Shown: one piece after another, positions 40,302 to 51,928 of the stretch | How the letters are laid out: each line of letters opens with the position of its first letter | Numbering within the stretch: the stretch's first letter is position 1 | Origin: Octopus bimaculoides | Taxonomy: Eukaryota | Length of the DNA: 64,000 nt | NCBI RefSeq assembly: GCF_001194135.2 | Contig: NC_068998.1 | Span: forward strand, 15,140,796 to 15,204,795 | Direction of reading: 5' to 3' | The notes under the pieces: model-generated | Told to the model about the DNA's origin: nothing | What the model saw: only the letters and a program-made list of their open reading frames with translations | Database searches by the model: none | Program-made: the position numbers and the translations under genes

Positions 40302-40590
40302 TTAGCAGCAAATAGAGCGTCTCACAAGTGGATTCGAACCCTTCCACAAGAAGCGGAAGAGCTGTCTTTCCCGCTTGTTCAACCACGAATCAAGGCAGGA
40401 AACAACGGTTAGGCGGTAGGTGATGACCGATGCGATGAACACATTGGCCACCTCCACCCTCCCTTTCAGGGATAGCCACCGCCAAGACCAGGTCTTGGCT
40501 ATGTGGGCCACCCTGCTCGCTGGTTTAACGCCAGTCTCTTCGCCGTCACCTGAGCTGCAGAGCCAGATTCCATTGCCCGAGTAAAGGAAA
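40302..40590 (-). mobile_element. L1/Tx1-clade LINE ORF2 fragment (post-RT region)
   Basis: TWSWRWLSLKGRVEVANVFIASVITYRLTVVSCLDSWLNKRERQLFRFLWKGSNPLVRRSICC matches the W..R.LS..GR....N..I.S...Y...V.........L.R..F.FLW.G pattern. Confidence 0.85.
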
Positions 40591-40914
40591 AGGACATATA
40601 TATATATATATATATATTTNNNNNNNNNNNNNNNNNNNNNNNNNNNNNNNNNNNNNNNNNNNNNNNNNNNNNNNNNNNNNNNNNNNNNNNNNNNNNNNNN
40701 NNNNNNNNNNNNNNNNNNNNNNNNNNNNNNNNNNNNNNNNNNNNNATATATTATATCTTGCCACGAACGAACAATTAACATCTAGAATTAAAAATATTCC
40801 TATAGCAGAAATCTTCACAGAACATTATACAAAACTTCCTGAAGGAATTATGATAATACAAGTAGACAATATAAACCTTGCAATACTAAAATCATATTTC
40901 ACCACAGACATAGC

Positions 40915-41210
40915 CCCCCACCCCGAAAGGATGAAAGGCAAAGTTGACCTCGACGGGATTTCAGCTCAGAAAGTAAAGGGTCAGAAAATACGCTGCTAAG
41001 CATTTTGTCCAACGCAATAATTCTCCTCCTGGTCTCCACCTTAAAAAATCGCTTAATGATTTCTAAATTAGGCACAAAGCCCGCCGTTTTGAGAGGAGGG
41101 ATTTAATCGATGCTATTGACCCCAGTTCTTGGATGATAGCTTACATTATCGACCCCGAAAGAATGAAAAGTGAAGTTGACGTCGTTGGAACAAGAACTCA
41201 GAATATGAAT
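40915..41210 (-). mobile_element. Two SINE family A copies in tandem
   Basis: CCCGAAAGGATGAAAGGCAAAGTTGACC occurs at about 40922 and about 41155. Confidence 0.8.
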
Positions 41211-42100
41211 TTCAGCGCATTTTATCAGATAAGTGCTCAATAATAAAAAAAATTAAGGGAATTCTGGAATGTAATTTCATCTGATTGGATTCTCTGGAAG
41301 GGAAAGTAACACATTTATAATGTAATTTCGATTTGAAATTGTTTGAAATTGCTCTTAAAGTTTACAGTCAGGTCAGTATTGGGTGTCGTTGGTGAAAAGT
41401 ACCGTAAATTCTAATATCTATAGATTTCTATTATTTATTATGTGTCTCACAAAGAAGAGAAATCGATGGATTAATAGAAGCGTTTAGAATAAAATACTAC
41501 GAAAGTTTTAAAGTTAATATTGACGTATTTAATGCATCGCGCAGAAGAAATCACATTAGAAATACTTATGTGATGAGAAAATGACAATATTAGCTCAATG
41601 ACTTGATATTACGTTAAGCTGTTCAGGGGTGTACCCGTGAAAACTCTGCACATGCTTTGTTTTTATTACACCTCCTCAGCGTATGTTTAAGAGAAAAAAA
41701 GAAAGCGGTTGATCAATAGAGTTTATTTAGAACGACAGGCTATTAAACTTCTTAAGTCAATGTTGTCATATTTAATGCAATGAACAACAGAAATCAAATT
41801 AGGAATATTTGTGATGGGAAAATAGAGAACCTTATTTCAATAGTCGATATTACTTTAAACAGTTTCCGGGAAAACTCAGGAATGTTTCGGTCTTATTCTG
41901 ATAAGACCGAAACATATTATAGACTGCTCAGCATATTATAGCTCCTCAGCATATTATAGACTTCACTGTACTTGCCAAACTAATTCGCGAGAGAATAAAG
42001 AAATGGGCGTACAATGTTGTATACAAGAAAGCTTGCAAAATTAGCATATAAATATTAGCATAGATGTATGTGTATGTGCGTGAATGTATGCACAAACATA

Positions 42101-42150
<50 letters not shown>

Positions 42151-42751
42151 GTTGTTAGACAAATTCGTTAGTTTCACCTTAAACCCGTTCTAATGTTATT
42201 TGAATTAACACGACAAATATNNNNNNNNNNNNNNNNNNNNNNNNNNNNNNNNNNNNNNNNNNNNNNNNNNNNNNNNNNNNNNNNNNNNNNNNNNNNNNNN
42301 NNNNNNNNNNNNNNNNNNNNNNNNNNNNNNNNNNNNNNNNNNNNNNNNNNNNNNNNNNNNNNNNNNNNNNNNNNNNNNNNNNNNNNNNNNNNNNNNNNNN
42401 NNNNNNNNNNNNNNNNNNNNNNNNNNNNNNNNNNNNNNNNNNNNNNNNNNNNNNNNNNNNNNNNNNNNNNNNNNNNNNNNNNNNNNNNNNNNNNNNNNNN
42501 NNNNNNNNNNNNNNNNNNNNNNNNNNNNNNNNNNNNNNNNNNNNNNNNNNNNNNNNNNNNNNNNNNNNNNNNNNNNNNNNNNNNNNNNNNNNNNNNNNNN
42601 NNNGAGATTAAGATCGCAATAAAATAACGAAAAAATATGCATTCGATAATTAATGTTAGCATTGTGCTGCTCTTTCTACAAAGATTTATTTCAGAGAATT
42701 TTCGAGAAAGAGTGGAATAGTCCTCAAAAAAAATTTTTTTTTCAGCATAGA

Positions 42752-43165
42752 TGCAGGCGTGGCCGTGTGGTAAGAAGCTTGTTTCCCAACCACATGCTTC
42801 CGGGTTAAGGCCCACTGCGTGACACCTTGGGCGAGTATTTTCTACTATAGCCTCGGGCCGACCAAAGCTTTGTGAGTGGATTTGGTAGACGGAAACTGAA
42901 AGAAACTTGTATATATGTATATGTGCGTGTGCATGTGTGTGTGTGTGTGTGTGTCTGTCTGTCCCCCACCATTACTTGACAACCTGTGTTGGTGTATTAA
43001 CGTCACCGTAACTTAACGATTCGGCAAAAAATGACCGATAGAATAAGTACCAGACTTAAGAAAAATTAAGTACTGGAGTCGAGTCATTCGAGTAAAAAGA
43101 TTGCTCAAGTTGGTGCCCCAGTATGGCCGCAGTCTAATGACTGAAACAAGTAAAAGGTAAAAGAT
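42752..43165 (+). mobile_element. Full-length SINE family B
   Basis: GCAGGCGTGGCCGTGTGGTAAGAAGCTTGTTTCCCAACCAC head, with tail GGTGCCCCAGTATGGCCGCAGTCTAATGACTGAAACAAGTAAAAG. Confidence 0.92.
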
Positions 43166-43494
43166 TCTTATTATAATGAAATTAACAAAATGCATGAAGT
43201 TGAGATGCATGAAATATCCTCCTCCAATTCTTTTTCACACTAAATTCCAAAATAACCATAATATACACCATCTGAAAAGTATTTGTAGAAAATTTCATTT
43301 AAAATTATCGATTTTTCTAATAGTTAAGACAAAATCTACAGGTAGATAGGTAAACCTTTGTAGTAATTATGCCCAATTGACGTAAATTAAAGCCAGTTTC
43401 CTTATTCAGCCTTCTATATGATCAACGACATTCTGCAAAGAATACTAGAATCAGCATAATTTGGCTGATGCTAGATTAAACTTATAATTTGCAG

Positions 43495-43680
43495 AAGGTG
43501 AAGACGATGCGGTGGTAGAATCGTCAGAGTATCAAGAAAAATAATTGTTTTGCGGTATTTGATTCGGCCATTTACATTCTGGATTCAAATCCCGCCGACG
43601 CCAACTTTGCCTTCCAGTCTTCCGGGATCAATAAAATAAAGTATCAGATTAAGTACTGGAGTCGATAGTATCGACAATAA
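43495..43680 (+). mobile_element. Diverged SINE family A
   Basis: GGTGGTAGAATCGTCAG..GGATTCAAATCCCGCCGACGCCAACTTTGCCTTCCAG. Confidence 0.75.
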
Positions 43681-43953
43681 ATTAGGAACCATTCTACAGA
43701 ATGATTCAAAATTTCCTTTAGCATTAATATAAACCGGCTAAACTACCCTGGTTCGGGGATTCCATGATAGTTAGTTTGCTGCCCTATTGTTCATGTTGCC
43801 AACTATTCAAGCCGCATCCTACCATATTATAGAAAGGATAGACTTGTTGGATAATGTATGTACGTACGTATGTATGCATGATTTTTCTTTGAGTTTTATT
43901 CAATTTCTTCTTCAGAGAGTGCAAGCTAGTCGCTAACAAAGTGACCAGACCTC

Positions 43954-44000
<47 letters not shown>

Positions 44001-44278
44001 NNNNNNNNNNNNNNNNNNNNNNNNNNNNNNNNNNNNNNNNNNNNNNNNNNNNNNNNNNNNNNNNNNNNNNNNNNNNNNNNNNNNNNNNNNNNNNNNNNNA
44101 AAGACTTTCTCGCTTCCCGAGCGTTAAACTAATACATCTGTTTGTTGTTTACACACCCGTCTTCGTCTTTTGTTTTGTTTGTTTGTTTTGTTATTTTTTT
44201 TTGTAAATTCCAACTATATATATAGAGAGAGAGAGAGAGGAGGGAGAGGGAGAGAGGGGGGGGAGAGGGAGAGAAAGA

Positions 44279-44309
<31 letters not shown>

Positions 44310-44596
44310 TAGAGGGGGTGTAATCGATTTAACGCGAAACGTGTCTGGAATTTTAAGTAGTATAATTGGTTGGCACGATGGACAGAATAGCCTCCATTTC
44401 CGATTCTTAGTTGACTAAACACTTTTCTGTCTGTACCGTAATTGAGTTAGCTGCAGAAAATCGTCTCGTTTAAGTCGTTTAGATTTTTGTCGACTGAGAA
44501 CAATATAACGACTGTCAACAGGTTTTGATGTCTTAAGACAGGTAGATATAGATCACTCCTAGCAAAAAAAAAGGGCAAACAACCCTAACATTGTGT

Positions 44597-44633
<37 letters not shown>

Positions 44634-45411
44634 CGCGTGCGTGTATTTATGTGTGAGAGTATGTATGTGTATATATGCATGTGTATGTATGTATGTATGT
44701 ATGTATGTATATAAGTGTTTGTGTGTCTATGTGTGTGTATGTATATATATATATATATGTCTGTGTACGCGTGTATAAATACAAGTGTGTGTGTATGTAT
44801 GCGTGTATGCATATGTATGAGTTCGAAACGCCGGTGTTAAAACGGGGTCGCTGATGAAGTAGAATGTTCTCTATGTGGCTTGTGTGTTTTCTCGTCTACG
44901 TTTTGTCTGCAATGTCCTGTACCCAGATATGCACCTATACATACAGGTGGATATCGGTACGCACATACCTGTACGTATATATGCATATACTCATTTACTA
45001 TTTGTTTATATATATATATATATGTATATATATACATATATNNNNNNNNNNNNNNNNNNNNNNNNNNNNNNNNNNNNNNNNNNNNNNNNNNNNNNNNNNN
45101 NNNNNNNNNNNNNNNNNNNNNNNNNNNNNNNNNNNNNNNNNNNNNNNNNNNNNNNNNNNNNNNNNNNNNNNNNNNNNNNNNNNNNNNNNNNNNNNNNNNN
45201 NNNNNNNNNNNNNNNNNNNNNNNNNNNNNNNNNNNNNNNNNNNNNNNNNNNNNNNNNNNNNNNNNNNNNNNNNNNNNNNNNNNNNNNNNNNNNNNNNNNN
45301 NNNNNNNNNNNNGAGGCCAGCCGAGACGGGAGAGACAGACGTTGTAGATATTTATCTTGAACAGTTTCAATTGAAGGAATGAAAGAAAACAGGGGCAGAA
45401 AGTATGCAGAT

Positions 45412-45772
45412 TAAGGCAGTGAGCTGGCAGAAACGTTAGCACGCCGGGAGAAATTCTTAGTGATATTTTGTCTGCCGTTATGTTCTGAGTTCAAATTCCG
45501 CCGAGGTTGACTTTGCCTTTCATCCTTTCGGGGTCGATAAATTAAGTACCAGTTACGCACTGGGGTCGATATAATCGACTTAATCCCTTTGTATGTCCAT
45601 GTTTGTCCCGTCTATGCTTAGCCCCTTGTGGGCAATAAAAGAAATAAGAAACGTTAGCACGCCGGGCGAAATGCTTAGCGGTGTTTCGTCTGCCGCTACG
45701 TTCTGAGTTCAAATTCCGCCGAGGTCGACTTTGCCTTTCATCCTTTCGGGGTCGATTAAATAAGTACCAGTT

Positions 45773-45775
<3 letters not shown>
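45412..45775 (+). mobile_element. Tandem SINE family A dimer (variant tail on the first copy; the second copy restarts at AGAAACGTTAGCAC)
   Basis: The core is repeated at 45500-45570 and 45715-45775. Confidence 0.88.
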
Positions 45776-45812
<37 letters not shown>

Positions 45813-45868
45813 TGACTGACTGACAGATAGATAGATACATATATAAATACATACATAGCCAGAGGGAA

Positions 45869-45909
<41 letters not shown>

Positions 45910-46339
45910 GGCAGGCAGGCAGGCAGGCAGACAGGCAGGCAGGCAAATAGGCAGATAGATACATACGTACATACATACATACATACATACATACATACAT
46001 ACATACATAGCCAGACAGACAGAGAGATAGATGTGTTTGTATATATGTATGTGTGCATATGTGCGTAAAAACATATGTGCAGTCATACATTCTTACGCAC
46101 GCAAGCAAGCAAGCGCGCACTTATTCGCCACTACTCAGCAAAAGCCCCTCATCACCGCCACCATCCAGCCATCAACAATCCATACCATTTTCCATTCGCA
46201 CTTGTAATTAATTCTGTGATTCCAGATAAGATGGCTTTGCGTGTGGGACGAATCGATAGAAGAATTTTTACTTGGCTAAGATAAAATAAATATGGCTTCC
46301 GGTGTTGTTGGTGGTTGGTGGTTGGTGGTTGGTGTTCTT

Positions 46340-46462
46340 CGTCACCTTATCATTAACAGCAACCACCACCACCAACACCAACACCACCACCACTACCGTC
46401 GTCGCTACCACAATCTGTCTCTGTCACCATCATGTACCACCACAACACCCAGCATCACCATC

Positions 46463-46499
<37 letters not shown>

Positions 46500-46569
46500 T
46501 CGCCATCAACTACCAGCATCCCCACCAGCGCCATAAGCACTACCACTACTACTATTGCTGCTGCAACGG

Positions 46570-46605
<36 letters not shown>

Positions 46606-47100
46606 TTACTACTACTGCTGCTGTTACTAGTATTACTACTACTACTAACACCATTATCACCACCACTACCACCATCACTAATAGCACCACCACTACTACA
46701 ACTACTACTACTTCTACCACGACTATCATCATCAACAACCAACACCGCCAGCAGCACAAGTACCACCACTGCTGGTACCATCACTATCACCATCATCTAC
46801 AGTACCTCCACTGCCACCACTAGCACCACAACTGCAAATACTACTACTGCTACAACTATTATAGGTACCACCACCACCACTACCACAATCTTCAACGCCA
46901 CCAACATCATCATCATCATCATCATCTACCACCTTTACAACCATCACCTGTAACAACCACTACCAACATCCACCGTCACCACTGTCTACTACCGCCACCA
47001 CGAAGACCATCACAGCCATCCCTGCTGACACGATCACTATCTTCCACCATTACCGCCAGCACCATTAACAACCACCAGCATCACCACCATCTACGAGGAA
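46340..47100. repeat. Compound trinucleotide low-complexity tract (CAC/CTA/CAT)n
   Basis: Direct reading; it produces Thr-, His- and Leu-rich pseudo-ORFs in all frames. Confidence 0.9.
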
Positions 47101-47144
47101 TTACTGGAAAGTTCCAAGCTTTTGGGTAAAAGCTTGGAACTTTC

Positions 47145-47458
47145 ACTCCAACACTTCTAAACCACCAAAACTTTCCTCACTCCATCCATCCACACAAACC
47201 GAGGTCTGCCTCTGGTTCTGCTGCCTACCACTTCTGCCTTCATCACCCCCCCTTACCATCCGCTCCTCATCCATCCTCTCCATGAGGCCAAACCACCTCA
47301 GCATTCGTCTATCCATTCTGGTACGTAGATTTTCTCTCATTCCTTCTCTCCTTCGCACCTCCTCATTCCTCATCCTGTCCATCCGTATCGCACCAACCAC
47401 AGCCCTCAAACATCTCATCTCAAACACATCTAGTCGCCTCCTTTCCGCCTCTCTCAGT
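47145..47458 (-). mobile_element. RTE-clade LINE ORF fragment (post-RT)
   Basis: FEMRCLRAVVGAIRMDRMRNEEVRRREGMRENLRTRMDRRMLRWFGLMERMDEERMV matches the FEM..LR.I.G....DR.RNEE.R......L.W.GH..RM..ER pattern. Confidence 0.88.
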
Positions 47459-47460
47459 CC

Positions 47461-47617
47461 TGGATATGGCTCTAAACTACATCCGGTAGTGGGACTCTGG
47501 GGCCCTGGTTTCAGGGTTTGAGGAGTATGGAACCATCACTTAACCACTATTATTCCGAGGTCTACTCTGGCCCGGAGTGGTTTTCACCTGTAAGGGTCCC
47601 AGCTATGGGTTAACTAA
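47461..47617 (+). mobile_element. Short dispersed repeat (TAAACTACATC..GGTCTACTCTGGCCCGGAGTGG..TAAGGGTCCCAGCTATGGGT), probable SINE body
   Basis: Resembles an octopus short interspersed repeat as recalled; there is only one copy in this window. Confidence 0.5.
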
Positions 47618-47953
47618 CAAACTCACCTCCCTGCGATTGGAGGGGGTGGGATCGGTAGAATGCAATCGCCGTATTCCCTGCGTGGCGTAAGAAGCAACTA
47701 AAAGGGGCGGGATCGAAGGGATTGGGAATCCACTCCTCCTAATGATACTGTTTCCTACAAAGACAGCAAGACACTTATACTTCTGGTAAATATTCGTGTG
47801 TGTGTGTGTGTGTGCAAAACTTTATAAATATAAGGGTAAAAATTATTAAATAATCATTTACCTGTGGTTAGCATGCGTAATAAGGGTCAGAAGACCTAAA
47901 CGTTTTTAAATATAATTGTGTTTGTTTCATACACAATTATATTTAAATATATA

Positions 47954-48216
47954 TGGTGGTGGTTGTCTACTCCTTATGCAGAATCTGACCACCTCCTGTA
48001 CCTACACCTTAGATCCATCATGGCATCTGATGCGGCTTTTTAAACCAGACAATGTTCTGAAAAGACACCCACATAGATTGCACCTCAGATTTCAACCACC
48101 AAGAACTGCAGATAAGTTCTGCTCTTTGTGGATCTTAAAATGTCTTTTGAGGCCTCCATTAGATTTGCAAACCTTCTGGCATACACTACATTCAAAGGTG
48201 TGCACAGACATATAGG
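47954..48216 (-). mobile_element. LINE (RTE-like) 3' terminus with two C2H2-like zinc fingers and 3' UTR
   Basis: HTFECSVCQKVCKSNGGLKRHFKIH...*NLRCNLCGCLFRTLSGLKSRIRCHDGSKV*, followed by a short UTR ending ACCACCACCATATATAT. There is an internal stop, and the second finger has His replaced by Arg. Confidence 0.65.
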
Positions 48217-48254
48217 CAGAATAGTTGGTGGAGGTTCGTTTTATATATATATAT

Positions 48255-48425
48255 ATATATACGTCGAGCTTCTTTCAGTTTCTGTCTATCAAATCCATTC
48301 ACAAGGTATCGGTCGGTCCGAGGCTATTGTAGAAGACACATACCCAAGGTACTACGCAGTGGGTCTGAACCCAGATCCATGTGGTTAGGAAGCAGACCTG
48401 TTTTACCACACAGCCACGCCTGCAC
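48255..48425 (-). mobile_element. SINE family B head
   Basis: TTCAGTTTCTGTCTATCAAATCCATTCACAAGG..TTACCACACAGCCACGCCTGC. Confidence 0.85.
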
Positions 48426-48506
48426 CTCGTGTGTGCGTNNNNNNNNNNNNNNNNNNNNNNNNNNNNNNNNNNNNNNNNNNNNNNNNNNNNNNNNNNNNNN
48501 NNNNNN

Positions 48507-48546
<40 letters not shown>

Positions 48547-48946
48547 AGTGTCTCTGTGCTTGTGTTTGTTCTCCACCAACGCTTTACAAAGGGTGTTGGT
48601 TTGGTTATGTTCAATGAAGTAACTAGTAGACTTTAAAAACAAAACTATTGGCGTTCATTTGTTCGACTAAAATCCACAATCCTGCGACTGAAACTACTGA
48701 AAGACGGACAAGATAAACACTAACCAGCAACTGTACTACCATCCATCCATCCATTTATCTATCAAAACTATCGCCATCATGTCCATCACAACTATCAATA
48801 ACACCACCAACCTCTATTGTAATCACAAAAGAAACCAACATGTCTGTGGTAACATCACATCTTCTTCATCATCATCATCATCATCATTACCCCCATCATC
48901 ACTGTTATCATCGTCATCATCATAACCATCATCATTACCATCATCG

Positions 48947-48979
<33 letters not shown>

Positions 48980-49879
48980 CCGCTATCATCATCCCTTATA
49001 TTAATGTCAGCTCGACAAAACTCAAACATCGCCGCCCCTCGCCACCAACATCACCACTTATTCATGTCACTACCGCCATCTACATCACAACCACTATCGC
49101 CAACATCAAACCACACTCCACCATCATCATCACCATCACAGATACACGCATGGATGCACGCGCACACACACACACTTCTACCAATTGCCACCTGTCTCCA
49201 TCAATTTTAATGATGTTGGCTTCCAGTACGTGGATGAGTGGGATTGCTCTTTGCACAGACTTACACCCACGGGCTTACATAATGTGTCTGTATATGTACC
49301 CTTAAACATACAGACACACACACGTATATACATATACATATATATATATATATATATGGCCGATAAATTTCTTAACGTCTTCTTCACGTGGTATTGATGT
49401 TCACATGGTCAAAATTAACGTGAGTTATTTAGACATTAACAAATTTATTAGAATATTTAGCTGAAGATCAGAATAGAGTATTATGTACTCTTAACTGTGA
49501 AACAATTGTACTAAATTAACTAAAGGCAAGTGTTTTTTGCTCTTCTCTATTGTTTTTTGTTCTGTGTGTATCAAAAATATCGCTATCAATCTGGAGTAAT
49601 AATTTGTAGTTTTGAAATCAGTAGTTCTTTGACTGCTATTTCTGAATTCTCAGTATGTTGGAGAAGCAGGTTACTGTCAATCCCTATATATTTATGNNNN
49701 NNNNNNNNNNNNNNNNNNNNNNNNNNNNNNNNNNNNNNNNNNNNNNNNNNNNNNNNNNNNNNNNNNNNNNNNNNNNNNNNNNNNNNNNNNNNNNNNNNNN
49801 NNNNNNNNNNNNNNNNNNNNNNNNNNNNNNNNNNNNNNNNNNNNNNNNNNNNNNNNNNNNNNNNNNNNNNNNNNNNNNN

Positions 49880-49922
<43 letters not shown>

Positions 49923-49993
49923 CATATATGTATATGTATATGCATGTATATATATATATATGTATGTACCATATATATATATGCGTGTGTATG

Positions 49994-50024
<31 letters not shown>

Positions 50025-50727
50025 ATTATAGTCACGTATGTGTGTGTGTAAACATGCATAGAAATAAATACATTTATATACACATGTATGCACCCATATA
50101 CATATATGTATATTTATACACGTTCACAAACATATGCATAGGCATACATAAATGTGTGTATGTATATGTTTGAATATGTGTTTGTGGTTGTGTGTGTGTG
50201 TATACATTCATGTACACGTATGTATATGTATATTTATATATACGCATCAACATGTGCATATACTCGTGGAGGAAGGAGATGTGGTGGTGAGGGCGCACAT
50301 AAAGATATCCATCTACGTGCGGCGATCACGTTATTTCGACAACGCTCTTCAGTTTGGCTTGTTAGAATGAAACATATATTAAATGAGAATGAAATCGGTT
50401 ATAATGCTAAACAAATGAAAAACCAACCAAAGCACAATGACACTCGTGGTCACACACAACCAATATGGAGATAGCGCCGGTGGATTTACGAACTTTAATT
50501 AAAATGAAGGTGAGAAATTATTGTGTATTGAGTCTACACGGCTATGGTTACCTCTGGTACAACCAAGACATTTTTATCATTATACACACACGCGCGCACA
50601 CACGCGCGCACACACGCACACACACGTTTTTGTGTGTGCATACATGTGCATATAAATGTATATATTTCTATGCATGCTTACATACACACACACACACATA
50701 CACATACGTGACTATAATACATATATA

Positions 50728-50764
<37 letters not shown>

Positions 50765-51395
50765 NNNNNNNNNNNNNNNNNNNNNNNNNNNNNNNNNNNN
50801 NNNNNNNNNNNNNNNNNNNNNNNNNNNNNNNNNNNNNNNNNNNNNNNNNNNNNNNNNNNNNNNNNNNNNNNNNNNNNNNNNNNNNNNNNNNNNNNNNNNN
50901 NNNNNNNNNNNNNNNNNNNNNNNNNNNNNNNNNNNNNNNNNNNNNNNNNNNNNNNNNNNNNNNNNNNNNNNNNNNNNNNNNNNNNNNNNNNNNNNNNNNN
51001 NNNNNNNNNNNNNNNNNNNNNNNNNNNNNNNNNNNNNNNNNNNNNNNNNNNNNNNNNNNNNNNNNNNNNNNNNNNNNNNNNNNNNNNNNNNNNNNNNNNN
51101 NNNNNNNNNNNNNNNNNNNNNNNNNNNNNNNNNNNNNNNNNNNNNNNNNNNNNNNNNNNNNNNNNNNNNNNNNNNNNNNNNNNNNNNNNNNNNNNNNNNN
51201 NNNNNNNNNNNNNNNNNNNNNNNNNNNNNNNNNNNNNNNNNNNNNNNNNNNNNNNNNNNNNNNNNNNNNNNNNNNNNNNNNNNNNNNNNNNNNNNNNNNN
51301 NNNNNNNNNNNNNNNNNNNNNNNNNNNNNNNNNNNNNNNNNNNNNNNNNNNNNNNNNNNNNNNNNNNNNNNNNNNNNNNNNNNNNNNNNNNNNNN

Positions 51396-51442
<47 letters not shown>

Positions 51443-51830
51443 CATATATACATACATACACACACACATATATACATATACAATGATACATATACGTGTG
51501 CATGTGCGTGAGTGTGTGTGTGATTGAGTGAGTATGTGTGTGTGTACATCATGCACGTCGCTGAGGAGGTACACTGGACGATACTACTGTCCCCTCACTA
51601 TTCAATAGTGCACCCTCCGATATAGAAAATATACTTTACAAAAATCTTCCTGCAACACATTCCTTGAAGTTCGACTAACATTTCAACAGCTAACAGGACG
51701 CCCTGGACGGCACTGTCCCCTCACTATTCAATGGTGCACCCTCAAATCTAGAAAATAGTTTACAAAAATCTTCCGACAATATTCATCTTGAAATATGTAG
51801 AGCATATATAAAAGCGGCTGTCCTCGAGTG

Positions 51831-51860
51831 AATAATAATAATACTAACAATAATAATAAT

Positions 51861-51924
<64 letters not shown>
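51831..51924. repeat. (AAT)n microsatellite
   Basis: Direct reading. Confidence 0.95.

Positions 51925-51928
<4 letters not shown>

Noticed and set aside
46292-46956. Thr/Ser-rich mucin-like ORFs
   Set aside because: All six frames are open because of compound trinucleotide repeats. There is no signal peptide, splice context or non-repetitive domain.
47954-48216. Host C2H2 zinc-finger gene exon (octopus has an expanded ZNF family)
   Set aside because: There is no TGEKP linker, an in-frame stop lies between the fingers, the second finger lacks a His, and a short retroposon-like tail follows. A LINE C-terminus fits better.
50325-50360. Hammerhead-like CTGAAGA..GAAA on the minus strand
   Set aside because: Stem I cannot form and stems II and III have only 1-2 bp.
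51555-51600. Hammerhead-like CTGAGGA..GATAC..GTC
   Set aside because: GAAA is mutated to GATA and there is no stem I.
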